Shown: positions 9,154 through 19,811, numbered from the stretch's first letter. The stretch is 64,000 bases of DNA from an uncultured delta proteobacterium (GCA_963753975.1 CAVWEH010000001.1:128001-192000); one strand, 5' to 3'. The notes: a model not told the origin generated them from the letters alone. Numbers and translations: made by a program.

Positions 9154-10497
9154 ATGCAGGGTAATGAGCCAGATATATTGATTGCCGGCGGGATGCTTCT
9201 GACTATGTCGGCCAGACCGGATATTATAGAAGATTCGCTCATTGTTATTAAGGACGGAATCATTACCGCGGTGGAGAAAAGAAGTGATAAGAAAAAAATC
9301 GGTTACTCGGCGCGAGAGATGATCGACGCCTCCGGCTGTATCGTTATGCCCGGGTTGGTCAACACGCATACCCATCTGCCGATGGTTTGTTTCCGGGGCA
9401 TGGCTGACGATCTTCCCCTGATGGAATGGCTCACCAAATATATATTTCCGGCGGAAGGCCGCTTCGTCAATAAAAAAATGGTTTACGACGGCGCTATGCT
9501 GGCCATGGCCGAAATGATCCTTACCGGCACGACAACTTTTTGCGATGGGTATTTCTTTGAGGATACCATTGCCGAAGCAGTGTTGGCCACGGGAATGCGC
9601 GCTGTTGTGGCTCAGGGATTCGCCGATTTTGCGACACCGGATAATCCCAAGTACGAAAGAATGATGGGAGCGGCCGAGCGCTTTGTTCAGCGCTGGAAAC
9701 CTCATGCGCCGATGATTATCCCTGCTTTTTTCTGTCATTCACCTTATACCTGCTCTCCGGCAACTCTCGTTAATGTTAAAAAAGCGGCTGGTGAAGCGGA
9801 TGTCCTTTTCCTGACACATTTGCTCGAAAATAAAGACGAGATAGATACCATTATCAACCGTTACGGCAAAAAGCCGGTTCGGCACCTTTATGATCTGGGT
9901 ATTCTGGATGAGAAAACCGTCGCTGTTCATTGCAATTGGATTACCGAAGAAGAAATGAAAATATTCGCCGATTTGGGCGTTCGCGTTTCGCACAATCCCG
10001 AAAGCTCCATGAAATTGGCGGCCGGTGTTGCGCCTATCCCCGCGATGCTTAAATTAGGCATAATCGTGGGGCTGGGAACGGACGGCTCAGCCAGCAACAA
10101 TGATATGGACATGTTCCGGGAGATGGATACGGCGGCAAAGATTCATAAAGTTACATCTTTGAACCCTACAGTAATGAATGCCCGGGAAGTTTTGGAAATG
10201 GCTACAATCGGCGGGGCAAAATTACTCGGGCTTGACGACCGGATCGGTTCGGTTGAAGTAGGTAAAAAAGCCGACATTATTTTAGTAGATATGAATCAAC
10301 CTCATCTTACCCCTCTTTATAATTGCTACTCACAGCTGGTGTACGCTGCCCGCGGCGCAGATACGAAAACCAGCATTATCAACGGCAAGATTGTTATGAA
10401 AGACCGTCAACTGCGCACAATGGATTTGAATGCGGTCATGGAAAATGTTCGTAATATTGGTGCCGATATCATTGCTAAGAGAAAGGCTGAAATTTAA
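9154..10497 (+). CDS. Amidohydrolase, MTA/SAH/5'-deoxyadenosine deaminase-like
   Basis: MPGLVNTHTH, HSPYTCS, SHNPESSMKL, GTDGSASNN, GKKADII. Start may be 9136 or 9154. Confidence 0.8.
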   Translation: MQGNEPDILIAGGMLLTMSARPDIIEDSLIVIKDGIITAVEKRSDKKKIGYSAREMIDASGCIVMPGLVNTHTHLPMVCFRGMADDLPLMEWLTKYIFPAEGRFVNKKMVYDGAMLAMAEMILTGTTTFCDGYFFEDTIAEAVLATGMRAVVAQGFADFATPDNPKYERMMGAAERFVQRWKPHAPMIIPAFFCHSPYTCSPATLVNVKKAAGEADVLFLTHLLENKDEIDTIINRYGKKPVRHLYDLGILDEKTVAVHCNWITEEEMKIFADLGVRVSHNPESSMKLAAGVAPIPAMLKLGIIVGLGTDGSASNNDMDMFREMDTAAKIHKVTSLNPTVMNAREVLEMATIGGAKLLGLDDRIGSVEVGKKADIILVDMNQPHLTPLYNCYSQLVYAARGADTKTSIINGKIVMKDRQLRTMDLNAVMENVRNIGADIIAKRKAEI

Positions 10498-10558
10498 GAA
10501 AGCTCAATAGAAGACAACTGCTGGTTAAATAATAGGGAAATAACCACTGGAGGATAAC

Positions 10559-12019
10559 ATGGCAAAATATGACTATGATCTGGGAATAATCGGCGGCGGA
10601 GCGGCAGGACTCACCGCGGCGGCAGGCGCAGCGCAATTCGGCGCTAAAACCATTCTAATTGAAAAGTCCGCAATGCTGGGCGGTGATTGTTTGCACTACG
10701 GCTGTGTGCCGTCGAAAACGTTGATCCGCACAGCAGGTGTTTGCTCGCTTCTGAAAAGATCAAAGGAATTTGGTTTGCCCGGAGTCCAATTACCACCTGT
10801 TGATTTAGGCGCGGTGATGGATCGCGTGAAAAGCGTGATCGAAAATATTCAACAACATGATTCCGTCGAACGATTCTGCGGCTTGGGTGCAAAAGTTGTT
10901 TTCGGCAACCCTTACTTTCTTGATGATCACACTATTATTCTCGATGGAAAAAACATAACGGCAAAAAGCTGGATTATCGCCACTGGTTCCAGCCCGGCTC
11001 TGCCGCCGGTGGAAGGTCTTGCCACGGTACCTTACTGGACAAACGAAACTATTCTTAATCAAAGGAAACTGCCGGCTCGTTTGATTGTCTTAGGCGGCGG
11101 ACCAATTGGGCTCGAACTGTCGCAGACTTTTGCGCGTCTGGGTTCTCGGGTGACTATCGTTGAATTTATGGATCAGATCCTCGGCCCCGAAGATGCAGAT
11201 CTGGCTGCTATTCTGGAGACACGTCTGCAGGACGAAGGAATTAAAATTTACAAATCAACCAAAGCCTTAAGAGTTCAGTATATTGATTCCACAATCCAGC
11301 TGACTGCGGCAGCGGACTCAGGTAAAGGACCAACAAGTGTTGTCGAAGCAGACGCCCTGCTTGTTGCCGCCGGGCGCAAACCGAATATTGACGGCTTAGG
11401 GCTGGAAGCGGCCGGTGTTAAATATACAGCGCGCGGTATTCCGACAAATGCCCGAATGAAAACAAATATCAGCCACATCTACGCCGCAGGCGACGTCAAT
11501 GGCCAACTTCCCTTCACGCATGTAGCCGGTTATGAAGGAGGTATTGCTCTCACCAACGCTGTCTTACGATTGCCTAAGAGGGCCGATTACAATAAAATCG
11601 GCTGGTGCACTTATACCGATCCGGAAGTAGCCAGTATTGGCCTGAATGAAAAGCGGGCAAAAAAAGACGGCATTAAGTACCGTCTTTGGGAGGAGAGCTT
11701 TGCCGACAATGATAGGGCTGAGGCCGAAGGGGAAACAAAAGGGAAAATTAAATTGCTGGTAAGCCCGGGAGGCAAATTACTTGGCTGCCAGATTATCGGC
11801 GCTCATGCGGGCGAGCTTATCCATGAGTGGGTCATTGCCCTGGAAGGCGGTGTTCGGCTTTCCACAATTGCCGCTGCTGTTCACATCTATCCGACTATTT
11901 CTGAAATATCCAAACGCGTAGCGGGGAAAATATTTGCCGAAAAGATTTTTAGCGACCACAGCAAAAACATTCTGAAGTTCATCTTCAGCCTCAAAGGCCG
12001 GGCCTGTTCGCCTTCTTAA
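10559..12019 (+). CDS. Pyridine nucleotide-disulfide oxidoreductase (LpdA/MerA-like)
   Basis: GGGAAG, GGDCLHYGCVPSK, GGGPIGLE, YTDPEVA, HIYPT. No C-terminal Cys-Cys pair. Confidence 0.85.
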   Translation: MAKYDYDLGIIGGGAAGLTAAAGAAQFGAKTILIEKSAMLGGDCLHYGCVPSKTLIRTAGVCSLLKRSKEFGLPGVQLPPVDLGAVMDRVKSVIENIQQHDSVERFCGLGAKVVFGNPYFLDDHTIILDGKNITAKSWIIATGSSPALPPVEGLATVPYWTNETILNQRKLPARLIVLGGGPIGLELSQTFARLGSRVTIVEFMDQILGPEDADLAAILETRLQDEGIKIYKSTKALRVQYIDSTIQLTAAADSGKGPTSVVEADALLVAAGRKPNIDGLGLEAAGVKYTARGIPTNARMKTNISHIYAAGDVNGQLPFTHVAGYEGGIALTNAVLRLPKRADYNKIGWCTYTDPEVASIGLNEKRAKKDGIKYRLWEESFADNDRAEAEGETKGKIKLLVSPGGKLLGCQIIGAHAGELIHEWVIALEGGVRLSTIAAAVHIYPTISEISKRVAGKIFAEKIFSDHSKNILKFIFSLKGRACSPS

Positions 12020-12022
12020 TGA

Positions 12023-12706
12023 TTACCGGGTAATGAATTTTCCACTGGCCGCCAGATACTTCATGGTTCTGGAAGCGGCAAATGCCGTGGACTTATTTCT
12101 TTCCATGAGATTAATCAAATCATCGCGGGCATCGACATCATGCCATTCCGGGAGAATTTCAGTCCGCTGCCCGCAGGCCTGTAAAATTTTCAACGTTTCC
12201 GAAAAAACGGCAGTTGTGCTCCACGGCAGATTGGAAAAAATATCCGGCAGAAACGTTTCGGTTTTCAGCCCGATCAGATAATAACCGCCGTCGGCCGCGG
12301 GGCCGATCACTGCATCGCCGGGACTATCTAATAGGGCAAAGGCATCTTCGATTATTTTCAGAGGCAGGTCCGGGAAGTCACTACCGATCAGTACTGCGGA
12401 CTTAAAGCCAACGGAGAAACAATCAACAAAAGCGTTTTTCATCCTTTCACCAAGATCAGCACCGCGCTGCGGCCGGTATTTACGCTCTTTGCCGAACAAC
12501 TTTTTTATTTCATTTTCTCTTTCGGGGGGATCAAAATATATCCGTAACTGCCAGTCGCCTTTCATCGCGCATTCTAAAATATCAAGGGCAAAAGCTTTAT
12601 ACAAACCGGCGGCAAAATCACTATCAAAATCTTTGGCCAGCCGTGATTTCACCTGTCCCGGCTGCGGATATTTGACAAAGATTATCAGGCATCTACTCTG
12701 CATCAC
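12023..12706 (-). CDS. DUF2064 / TIGR04282-type glycosyltransferase-like protein
   Basis: FVKYPQPGQVKSRL, QRGADLGERM, IGSDFPDL, IGPAADGGYYLIG, DVD. Confidence 0.85.
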   Translation of the reverse strand: MMQSRCLIIFVKYPQPGQVKSRLAKDFDSDFAAGLYKAFALDILECAMKGDWQLRIYFDPPERENEIKKLFGKERKYRPQRGADLGERMKNAFVDCFSVGFKSAVLIGSDFPDLPLKIIEDAFALLDSPGDAVIGPAADGGYYLIGLKTETFLPDIFSNLPWSTTAVFSETLKILQACGQRTEILPEWHDVDARDDLINLMERNKSTAFAASRTMKYLAASGKFITR

Positions 12707-13527
12707 TGACTCTTTTTGGATAAGAAAAAGGCATCGACAACATAGAAGACAATTTTAGGGAACGATCGTCATGATAGCCGTTCAGGCCTATTCTCATTTT
12801 GTCATGACCTTCTTGAGGTTGCGCTTTGTAAGTTCCCAGAATTCTGTCCCACCACGGAAAACTAAAACCATAGTTGCTGTTTGTCTCCCGCGCAATCACG
12901 GAATGATGCACCCGGTGCATATCCGGTGTCACCAAAACCATCCTGATAATGCGGTCAACGGATAGAGGGATTCTGACATTACCGTGATTGAACATCGCTG
13001 CGCCGTTCAGCATAATTTCGAAGATCAGGACGGATAGAGGCGGAGCGCCGATTACCGCCACAGCGGCAAACTTAATCAGCAGCGATAATATTATTTCCAG
13101 AGGATGGAAACGCACTGCCGTGGTCACGTCAATATCCTGGTCTGTGTGGTGCACCATATGGACACGCCAGAATAAAGGTACAACGTGGAACATCCTGTGC
13201 TGAAGGTAAATGACAAAATCAAGCACCAATACACCGGTGATCAGCGCCGGCAACGGCGCTATCTGATAGTAATTTAGTAATCCCCAGCCTCTTTGTGCGC
13301 AGATAAAAGCGATTCCAACAGGAAATAGCGGAAAAATTAAACGCAATAGAACGACATCGATTATCTGCATTCCCAGATTGCTGATCCAGCGCTTCGTCTT
13401 GGATTTTAAGCAGCATTCGCCGCGGCGCAATTTTCTCGCTAAGCGCCACAGCAGAAAATATTGCGGCAAAAAACCCCAGGCGCACTAATGTTTCAGGCGA
13501 AATAAAATTCGAAGCTGCATCTATCAT
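12693..13527 (-). CDS. Sterol desaturase/fatty acid hydroxylase family protein (one extra base near 13404-13407)
   Basis: His boxes HRMFH, HMVHH, FHPLE and HRVHH. The N-terminus (MIDAAS...APRRMLLK) is in another frame; removing one base gives 278 codons. Confidence 0.8.
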
Positions 13528-13546
13528 GGGGAGGCATTTTCCGCCA

Positions 13547-14652
13547 TCATTTTTTAGGAGAGAATAATTTCAAATATTTTCCGTAGCCTTCTTTTTCCAG
13601 ATCCTCTTTGGGAACAAAACGCAGAGCCGCGGAATTCATGCAATAGCGTAAACCTGTCGGAGGCGGGCCATCCGGAAAAACATGACCTAAATGATAATCG
13701 GCTTCTTTGCTTCTCACTTCGGTGCGCGTGGTAAAAAAGCCCCGATCTTCTTTCTCGACAATATTTCCGGGCTCCAGCGGTTTGGTAAAACTGGGCCAGC
13801 CGGTGCCGGAATCAAATTTATCCAAGGAACTGAATAAGCGGTTCACCGGACACAATATCCACATATATGCCTTCTCTTTTGTTATCGTCATATTCATTTT
13901 TAAAAGGCGGTTCGGTGCCGTTTTTCTGCGTAACTTCATATTGTATTTTGGTGAGTTTTTTCCTCAGGGTCGCATCATCCGGTTTAATGAATTTTCCCTG
14001 GCCGGGAAGCTCGAGGCCTGTCTCATTTCCCCATAATTTTTTTACGGTTTGATCACGGCCGGAACCGATAACGGTAGTAATTATAACGCACGGGATTTTT
14101 GGTATGATAATTCTGATGATATTCTTCTGCCGGATAAAATTTAGTCAATTTAATTAAATCCGTGACGACCGGTTTCCCGAGTTTGCCTGATTTTTCCAGA
14201 GCCTGTTTTGATTTTTCGGCAATCTGCTTTTGCTCATCGTCCTGATAAAATATGGCGCTGCGGTATTGAGGACCTCGGTCGACAAATTGTCCGCCTCCGT
14301 CCGTTGGATCAATATGGTGCCAGAAGTAATTTAAAAGTTGTTCATAGGTGATTACCTGGGGATCATAATAAACCTGCACGGCTTCAATGTAACCCATCTC
14401 CGCATACGTTTCATAGGTCGGATTTTCCCCTTTCCCTCCGGCATAACCGGATACTACTTTTATTACACCGGGAACCTTTTCAAAATCAGACTCCACGCAC
14501 CAAAAACAACCCCCGGCCAGCGTGGCAATATTTTCAGATGTTATTTCATTTTTTTTTGTCATTTTTGATTTTCCCTCCGTTTGCTCGGTATTACCGCTTT
14601 GACAACCTAATATAAAACTGAACATTATTATATACATAAGTAACTTTTTCAT
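13547..14652 (-). CDS. msrAB: Lipoprotein MsrA-MsrB fusion (extra bases near 14067 and 13838)
   Basis: Lipobox ILGC. MsrA GGCFWC and AEEYHQNY; linker GSGRDQ...[14 protein letters not shown] read in a shifted frame; Msr[22 protein letters not shown]. Removing two bases gives 368 codons. Confidence 0.88.
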
Positions 14653-14834
14653 TTTTGCCTCTCCTTTTAAGGAAATTAAATGCCAATATTAAAATTGTAA
14701 CGATGATCCGGCGATTGTCAAACACGCTTATACAATAATTAAATTAAGTACACAGGGAGTAGATAATTTGATTGAATAATGAAGCGGGAAAATAGTATAA
14801 AACTTGACACTGCCGGTACTACCAAGGAGCTTAT

Positions 14835-15557
14835 ATGGCTTCGGAAGCTTTCGCTGGGAAAAAGAAAAATAATTTGTGGCGGCCGATTATATTCATCGTC
14901 TTGCTTATGGCAGCAATTATCCTGCTTAGGCTTTGGGGAGTGGGAGAAAAGCTTACCGATCTTCGTGCCTGGATTTCCAGCCTTGGCTCCTGGGGGCCGT
15001 TAGTTTTCGTATTGATTTATATCATTGCTGTTGTCCTGGCTCTACCCGGTTCCGCCATAACCATTGCCGGAGGAGCGCTTTTCGGATCAGTTTGGGGTGT
15101 CGTACTGGTCAGCATCGCCTCGACAATAGGAGCAAGCATCGCCTTTTTAATTTCCCGTTATCTGGCGAGAGACTTTATTGTGCGTAAATTTTCGCAAAAT
15201 GAAAAATTCAACAAGTTGGATCATCTGACGAAGGAACATGGCGCAATAATTGTAGCAATAACGCGCCTGGTGCCTCTTTTTCCTTTTAATTTTCTTAATT
15301 ACGGTTTTGGCCTTACCGGTGTGCGTTTCTGGACATACGTTTTTTGGTCGTGGCTGTGCATGCTGCCCGGCACTGTTTTGTACGTAGTCGGCACGGATGC
15401 AATCATTAGTGGTTTGGCAGAGGGGAAGATTCCCTGGCTCTTGGTTTTAGTGCTTTTGCTTGCCGCAATTATCCTGGCTTTTCTTGTCTATTTGGCCAGA
15501 AGGAAGCTGTCTGCTGGAAAAGAAAAATATTCCGGCAATAATGATAAAAGTAAATAA
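14835..15557 (+). CDS. TVP38/TMEM64 (DedA/VTT) membrane protein
   Basis: LPGSAITIAGGALFG, RLVPLFPFNFLNYGFGLT, MLPGTVLY. Confidence 0.9.
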   Translation: MASEAFAGKKKNNLWRPIIFIVLLMAAIILLRLWGVGEKLTDLRAWISSLGSWGPLVFVLIYIIAVVLALPGSAITIAGGALFGSVWGVVLVSIASTIGASIAFLISRYLARDFIVRKFSQNEKFNKLDHLTKEHGAIIVAITRLVPLFPFNFLNYGFGLTGVRFWTYVFWSWLCMLPGTVLYVVGTDAIISGLAEGKIPWLLVLVLLLAAIILAFLVYLARRKLSAGKEKYSGNNDKSK

Positions 15558-15572
15558 TTATTGGGCAGAAGA

Positions 15573-16289
15573 TTACCTATAAAACTTTGCCAGGGTTTCC
15601 GGCTTTGCTCCCAGCAAATAAAGCGTTAGCAAAAACCAGTTTCTGAGAGTACAAAAAACAATACCTTCGGTTTCCCAACGCCGGGGTGATGTCTTAATTT
15701 TATCTTTTAGAATATTTATTTTTCCCCGCCTCCGCTTGATTCTCCGCATTAGTTCGACATCTTCCATGATCGGAATATCCTTAAATCCACCCAATCCTTG
15801 AAAATAATCCCGCCGGATAAAGATAGCCTGATCGCCATAGGGAATGCGCGTTAGACGGGAGCGCCAGGAAGCCATTTTTTCAATGACACGGAAAGAAAAT
15901 CGTTCTGAATCAATACCCAGATTAAAGGCACCGCCGATAAAGGTTTTATCTTCCATGGCTGTGGCAATAAGGTGCAGGGAATTCATAGGCAGGCGGGTAT
16001 CGGCATGCAGAAATATCAATATATCGCCGGAAGCTTCAGCGGCTCCGGAATTTAGCTGATTTCCCCGTCCTTTTGTCGAGACGATTTTTTTTACATCAGT
16101 GTTTTTGATTTCTTTTAATGTACTTGCTGCGGGCTCACCATCCACAACAATAATTTCCGTGTCCGCCGAATCTTGCAGGCTTTTAATATGATCAATAGCG
16201 AGTTTGATCATCGGATTTTCCCGATAAACCGGAATAATGAATGAGAATTTATCACTCACTAATTTCAATCGTCCTTTTTGCGCAGGCAC
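15573..16289 (-). CDS. GT2 / TIGR04283-type glycosyltransferase
   Basis: IIPVYRE, IVVDG, GRGNQLNSGA, FLHADT, YGDQAIF, IMEDVE, TSPRRW. True start may be about 10 codons downstream. Confidence 0.85.
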   Translation of the reverse strand: MPAQKGRLKLVSDKFSFIIPVYRENPMIKLAIDHIKSLQDSADTEIIVVDGEPAASTLKEIKNTDVKKIVSTKGRGNQLNSGAAEASGDILIFLHADTRLPMNSLHLIATAMEDKTFIGGAFNLGIDSERFSFRVIEKMASWRSRLTRIPYGDQAIFIRRDYFQGLGGFKDIPIMEDVELMRRIKRRRGKINILKDKIKTSPRRWETEGIVFCTLRNWFLLTLYLLGAKPETLAKFYR

Positions 16290-16480
16290 TCGGCAACGTT
16301 AAATGTAACTACAAACGAATGTGCGAAGCCTGAAGATGGTCACCCAACCTCAATATTGATATAATGCGAAGGCGATGGTTAGTCAAGTCACAATGGGTCA
16401 CGGTGCAAGGTTTGAAGAGCGGGGCGCAAGCCTGGCAGGCTACCCCGTCGTATGCAGGGAAGGCTGGAGGCAAGATATCA

Positions 16481-16509
16481 TTGACACCCAACCCGATATT
16501 GCCTATACT
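16481..16509 (+). promoter_or_regulatory. sigma70 promoter for the PfkB kinase gene
   Basis: TTGACA (16481-16486), 17-bp spacer, TATACT (16504-16509). Confidence 0.75.
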
Positions 16510-16590
16510 TTCGTGCGTCCGAACCCGAATCATTTAGTAAATTTCTTCCGGAGTTCTGATAATTTCGAGACAATTGGAAAGGCCTTATGT

Positions 16591-17508
16591 ATGAACATTA
16601 TTGTTTCGGGATCAATGGCCTATGACCGGATTATGGATTTCCCCGGATATTTCGCTGATCACATCCTGCCCGATAAGATCCATGTTTTAAACGTCTGTTT
16701 CCAGGTGAATAGTATGAGGGAAGAATACGGCGGCACAGCGGGTAATATTGCCTATTCGCTGACGCTCATGGGGGAGAAGCCCCTCATCTGCGCCACAATC
16801 GGCCATGACTATCAAAAGTATTACGAACGGCTGGCAAAAAACTCCATATCTACTAAATACATCAAAATCATTCCCGAAGAATTTACGGCCGGCGCCTATA
16901 TTACGACCGACCGCGCCGACAACCAAATCACCGGATTTAATCCCGGAGCCATGAAATATCGCACGGAATTGGACTTGCACAAATTCCGTCCCGAAGAAAC
17001 CATTGTGATCGTCTCACCGGGCAATTTTGAGGACATGGTTAACTATCCGCGCGCCTGCAAAGAAAGAAGTATCGATTATATACTTGACCCCGGGCAGTCT
17101 CTGCCCATGTGGAATACAAAGAACCTGATCGAGGCAATCGAAGGATGCCGGATTTTGATCGTCAATGACTATGAACTGGAACTGATCATAAACAAAACCG
17201 GGTTGAAGAAGAATGCTCTACGTGATCTGGCCGGGACGATCATCACCACGCTGGGTGAGTTGGGTTCGCAGGTCTCCACGCGAGATCGTGAAATTAGTAT
17301 TCCCGCCTTCAAGGTAAAGAAGGTGGTGGACCCGACAGGCGCCGGAGATGCTTACCGGGGCGGGCTCGTCAGCGGTCTGGTTTGCGGCAAAGATATTGAA
17401 CAATGCGCACGGATGGGAAGCGTCTGCGCTTCCTTTGCCATAGAATCCTACGGCACTCAGGAATATAACTTTACCATGGAAGAATTCAACAAGAGAATCA
17501 ACGGCTGA
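16591..17508 (+). CDS. PfkB family carbohydrate/nucleoside kinase (adenosine kinase-like)
   Basis: MNIIVSGSMAYD, GGTAGNIAY, DPGQ, VNDYE, DPTGAGDAYRGG. Start moved to 16591 because the promoter lies inside the longer ORF. Confidence 0.88.
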   Translation: MNIIVSGSMAYDRIMDFPGYFADHILPDKIHVLNVCFQVNSMREEYGGTAGNIAYSLTLMGEKPLICATIGHDYQKYYERLAKNSISTKYIKIIPEEFTAGAYITTDRADNQITGFNPGAMKYRTELDLHKFRPEETIVIVSPGNFEDMVNYPRACKERSIDYILDPGQSLPMWNTKNLIEAIEGCRILIVNDYELELIINKTGLKKNALRDLAGTIITTLGELGSQVSTRDREISIPAFKVKKVVDPTGAGDAYRGGLVSGLVCGKDIEQCARMGSVCASFAIESYGTQEYNFTMEEFNKRING

Positions 17509-17577
17509 TTGAAATTACTGCGGGCAGTTTCCTCAATCTGAAACTAACTATTATACTGTTGCCAGTGGGACAAAAAA

Positions 17578-18899
17578 ATGAAAACATCCCCTAACTTTTC
17601 CATTAACTATAATATCCTCTCGGAAAGAGCACTGCAGAACGCCCTGCAAAACGTGCCGGCCTATAAGAGTTGGCGGGCATTTGATCCCGGCGCATCGGCT
17701 TCTATTGACAGGCGTTTTCGTGCGCTGCCGACAATTTCCAAAAAAGACTTAAGAGAACGTACCTGGCGCAATTTTATTCCCGCAGGCATGGATGTAGATA
17801 GCGCACTGAAGACGGGCATAATAGAAATCGTCCAAACGAGCGGCACAACTGCCGAGCAGGTTTTAAATGTTTGGTATCAGTCCTGGTGGGATGCGGCCGA
17901 GGCGGCGTCCTGGCAATACAACATCCATACGGCGGCATTAAAATCTGGGTAAACACCGGGAAGCAATTCTTACCAGTCCCATGAATACCGGCATTTTGGC
18001 TAAAAATGGTTTGCTGACAATGGAGGAACGCTCTTGCGGCCGTTTTCTCTATCTTAATGAAAAAATCAATCCGTCATTATGGGACGATCAACTGTTCGAG
18101 CGCATCATTAGGGAGCTGGAAATCTTTCAACCGGTTGTGTTGGAAGCAAACCCCTCCTATCTGGCCAAAGTCGCCCGCTTCGCTTACAAACATAACCTCA
18201 GTGTCTTTCAGCCGCCGGTGATTATTTTTAGTTATGAAAATCCGGGCATTTTAGCCAGAAAACATATCCGCCAAAGTTTTTCATTCTCCTTTAGTCAGTT
18301 CCTACGGCTCGACCGAAGCGGGATATGTATTAATGGAATGTGAACAGGGGAAGCTCCATCAGGTTTCCGATTCGTGCCGGATCGATATAGAATTCATGCG
18401 TCCGGAATACGGATATCCTCATGTCGGAAGATTGCTGCTGACCACACTGACCAATCCCTGGCGATCATTAGTCAGATTTGATGTGGGCGATCTGGTGCAG
18501 ATCGATCCCACAGGCATTTGTGAATGCGGCCGCAATGACGGATATATCTGTAAGGAAATTGTCGGGCGAACGGCTGATCTCACCTATACAACAGATAATT
18601 ATCCTGTAACCACGGCGATGGTCGAATCCATCATCAGTAAAGTGGAATCTGTTGCCGAATATCAAGTATTGCAAAGTGAAGGTATTTACAATGTCCATAT
18701 AGTTCTGGAGGAAGCTGACGCTGCTTCTCACATGCTTAAAGAGGAAATAATTGAAGGATTATTGCCATTGTATGGACGGGATGCTGTTATCAACGTGCAT
18801 TTTGTAAAGGAGATTGAAACCGAACCATCCGGTAAATATAGATTAACGCGTTCGGACGTGCCGGTGAATATGGAAGAGCTCTTTGGGAAAGGAAACTGA
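17578..18899 (+). CDS. Phenylacetate-CoA ligase (PaaK/CapK)-like adenylate-forming protein (extra bases near 17940 and 18273)
   Basis: Three consecutive ORFs join into 440 codons: LPTISKKDL, QTSGTT, EANPSYL, SSYGSTEAG (shifted frame), LVRFDVGD, GRTAD, SGKYR. Confidence 0.8.
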
Positions 18900-19570
18900 T
18901 GATGGGGCCAGCCCCTATAATCCTTATCAGTGGTGGACCAAACTCTAACAGCACTACTCTTATTGCCGAAGCACTGGCGCTCAGCAAAATAGAAAAACCT
19001 GTCATTGCCTATATCGGCGCGGCAAGCTCCGACAATAAAGAGTTTTTCTCTATGTTGAGGCGAATGCTTATATCTGCAGGGGCGGATAAAGTCACTCTAG
19101 TTCCCATTGTTAAGGGCTTTGACCGGAAAAAGGCAGAAAGCATTTTATCGTCCGGCGATTTGGTTTTTATCAGTGGTGGTGATGTAAAAGCCGGAATGGA
19201 ATATTTGGAGAAGCGAAATCTGGTGCCATTTCTGAGGAAGCTCTACGAAGCAGGGAAACCTTTTTTCGGTATTTCTGCCGGAGCCATAATGCTGTGCCGC
19301 AACTGGATATACTGGCGCAATCCGGCTGATGATTCATCGGCAAAATCTTTCCCCTGTCTCGGCTTGGCGCCGGTTTTGTGCGATACACATGCGGAAGATG
19401 AAGGCTGGAATGAACTCCGGACATTGCTTGGCCTTTGCCCGGAGGGAACAATTGGATACGGCATTCCTGCGGGCGGCGCGCTGCGGGTTGCCCCAGACGG
19501 TAAAATCACATCCATCGGTTCTGCCCCGGCACGATTTATCAAAAAAGGTGCGGACATAATAATTGTTTGA
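18899..19570 (+). CDS. Peptidase S51 (dipeptidase E/cyanophycinase-like)
   Basis: VFISGGD, GISAGA nucleophile motif, CDTH. Confidence 0.8.
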   Translation: MMGPAPIILISGGPNSNSTTLIAEALALSKIEKPVIAYIGAASSDNKEFFSMLRRMLISAGADKVTLVPIVKGFDRKKAESILSSGDLVFISGGDVKAGMEYLEKRNLVPFLRKLYEAGKPFFGISAGAIMLCRNWIYWRNPADDSSAKSFPCLGLAPVLCDTHAEDEGWNELRTLLGLCPEGTIGYGIPAGGALRVAPDGKITSIGSAPARFIKKGADIIIV

Positions 19571-19593
19571 TTTTTATAAAAAACGGGCTTAAA

Positions 19594-19783
19594 TCAATGA
19601 CACTCGCTGACTATAGGAAGCGTTAGTGGAATCAATGAAACTCAGATATTTCAAGCGCAGTACAGAAATATCTGTTAGCTGAATTGATCTTACTAAAGGT
19701 GGGGTTGATCCCGAAAGCGAAGCTATTCGGGATCTCTCCGGGATATATTCTCCAAAGCTTGCTTTGGGGTTCATACCCGTGGT
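19594..19783 (-). repeat. Repeat family A copy (modular palindromic element)
   Basis: Ends AAGCTTGCTTTGGGGTTCATACCCGTG, the reverse complement of the family A left end. Internal AATGAAACTCAGATATT...AATATCTG module resembles the one at 24319. Confidence 0.7.
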
Positions 19784-19811
19784 TACGTATATTAATTTGT
19801 TAGGTGAGAAT

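Noticed and set aside
10559..12019. Mercuric reductase MerA
   Set aside because: No C-terminal Cys-Cys pair, no N-terminal HMA domain and no mer genes nearby.
14053..14055. Selenocysteine UGA at the end of the msrA ORF
   Set aside because: The homologous sequence continues in another frame (GSGRDQ), so this is a frameshift. The catalytic residues are Cys.
16375..16590. 72-aa N-terminal extension of the PfkB kinase
   Set aside because: It contains a good sigma70 promoter, and family similarity starts at MNIIVSGS.
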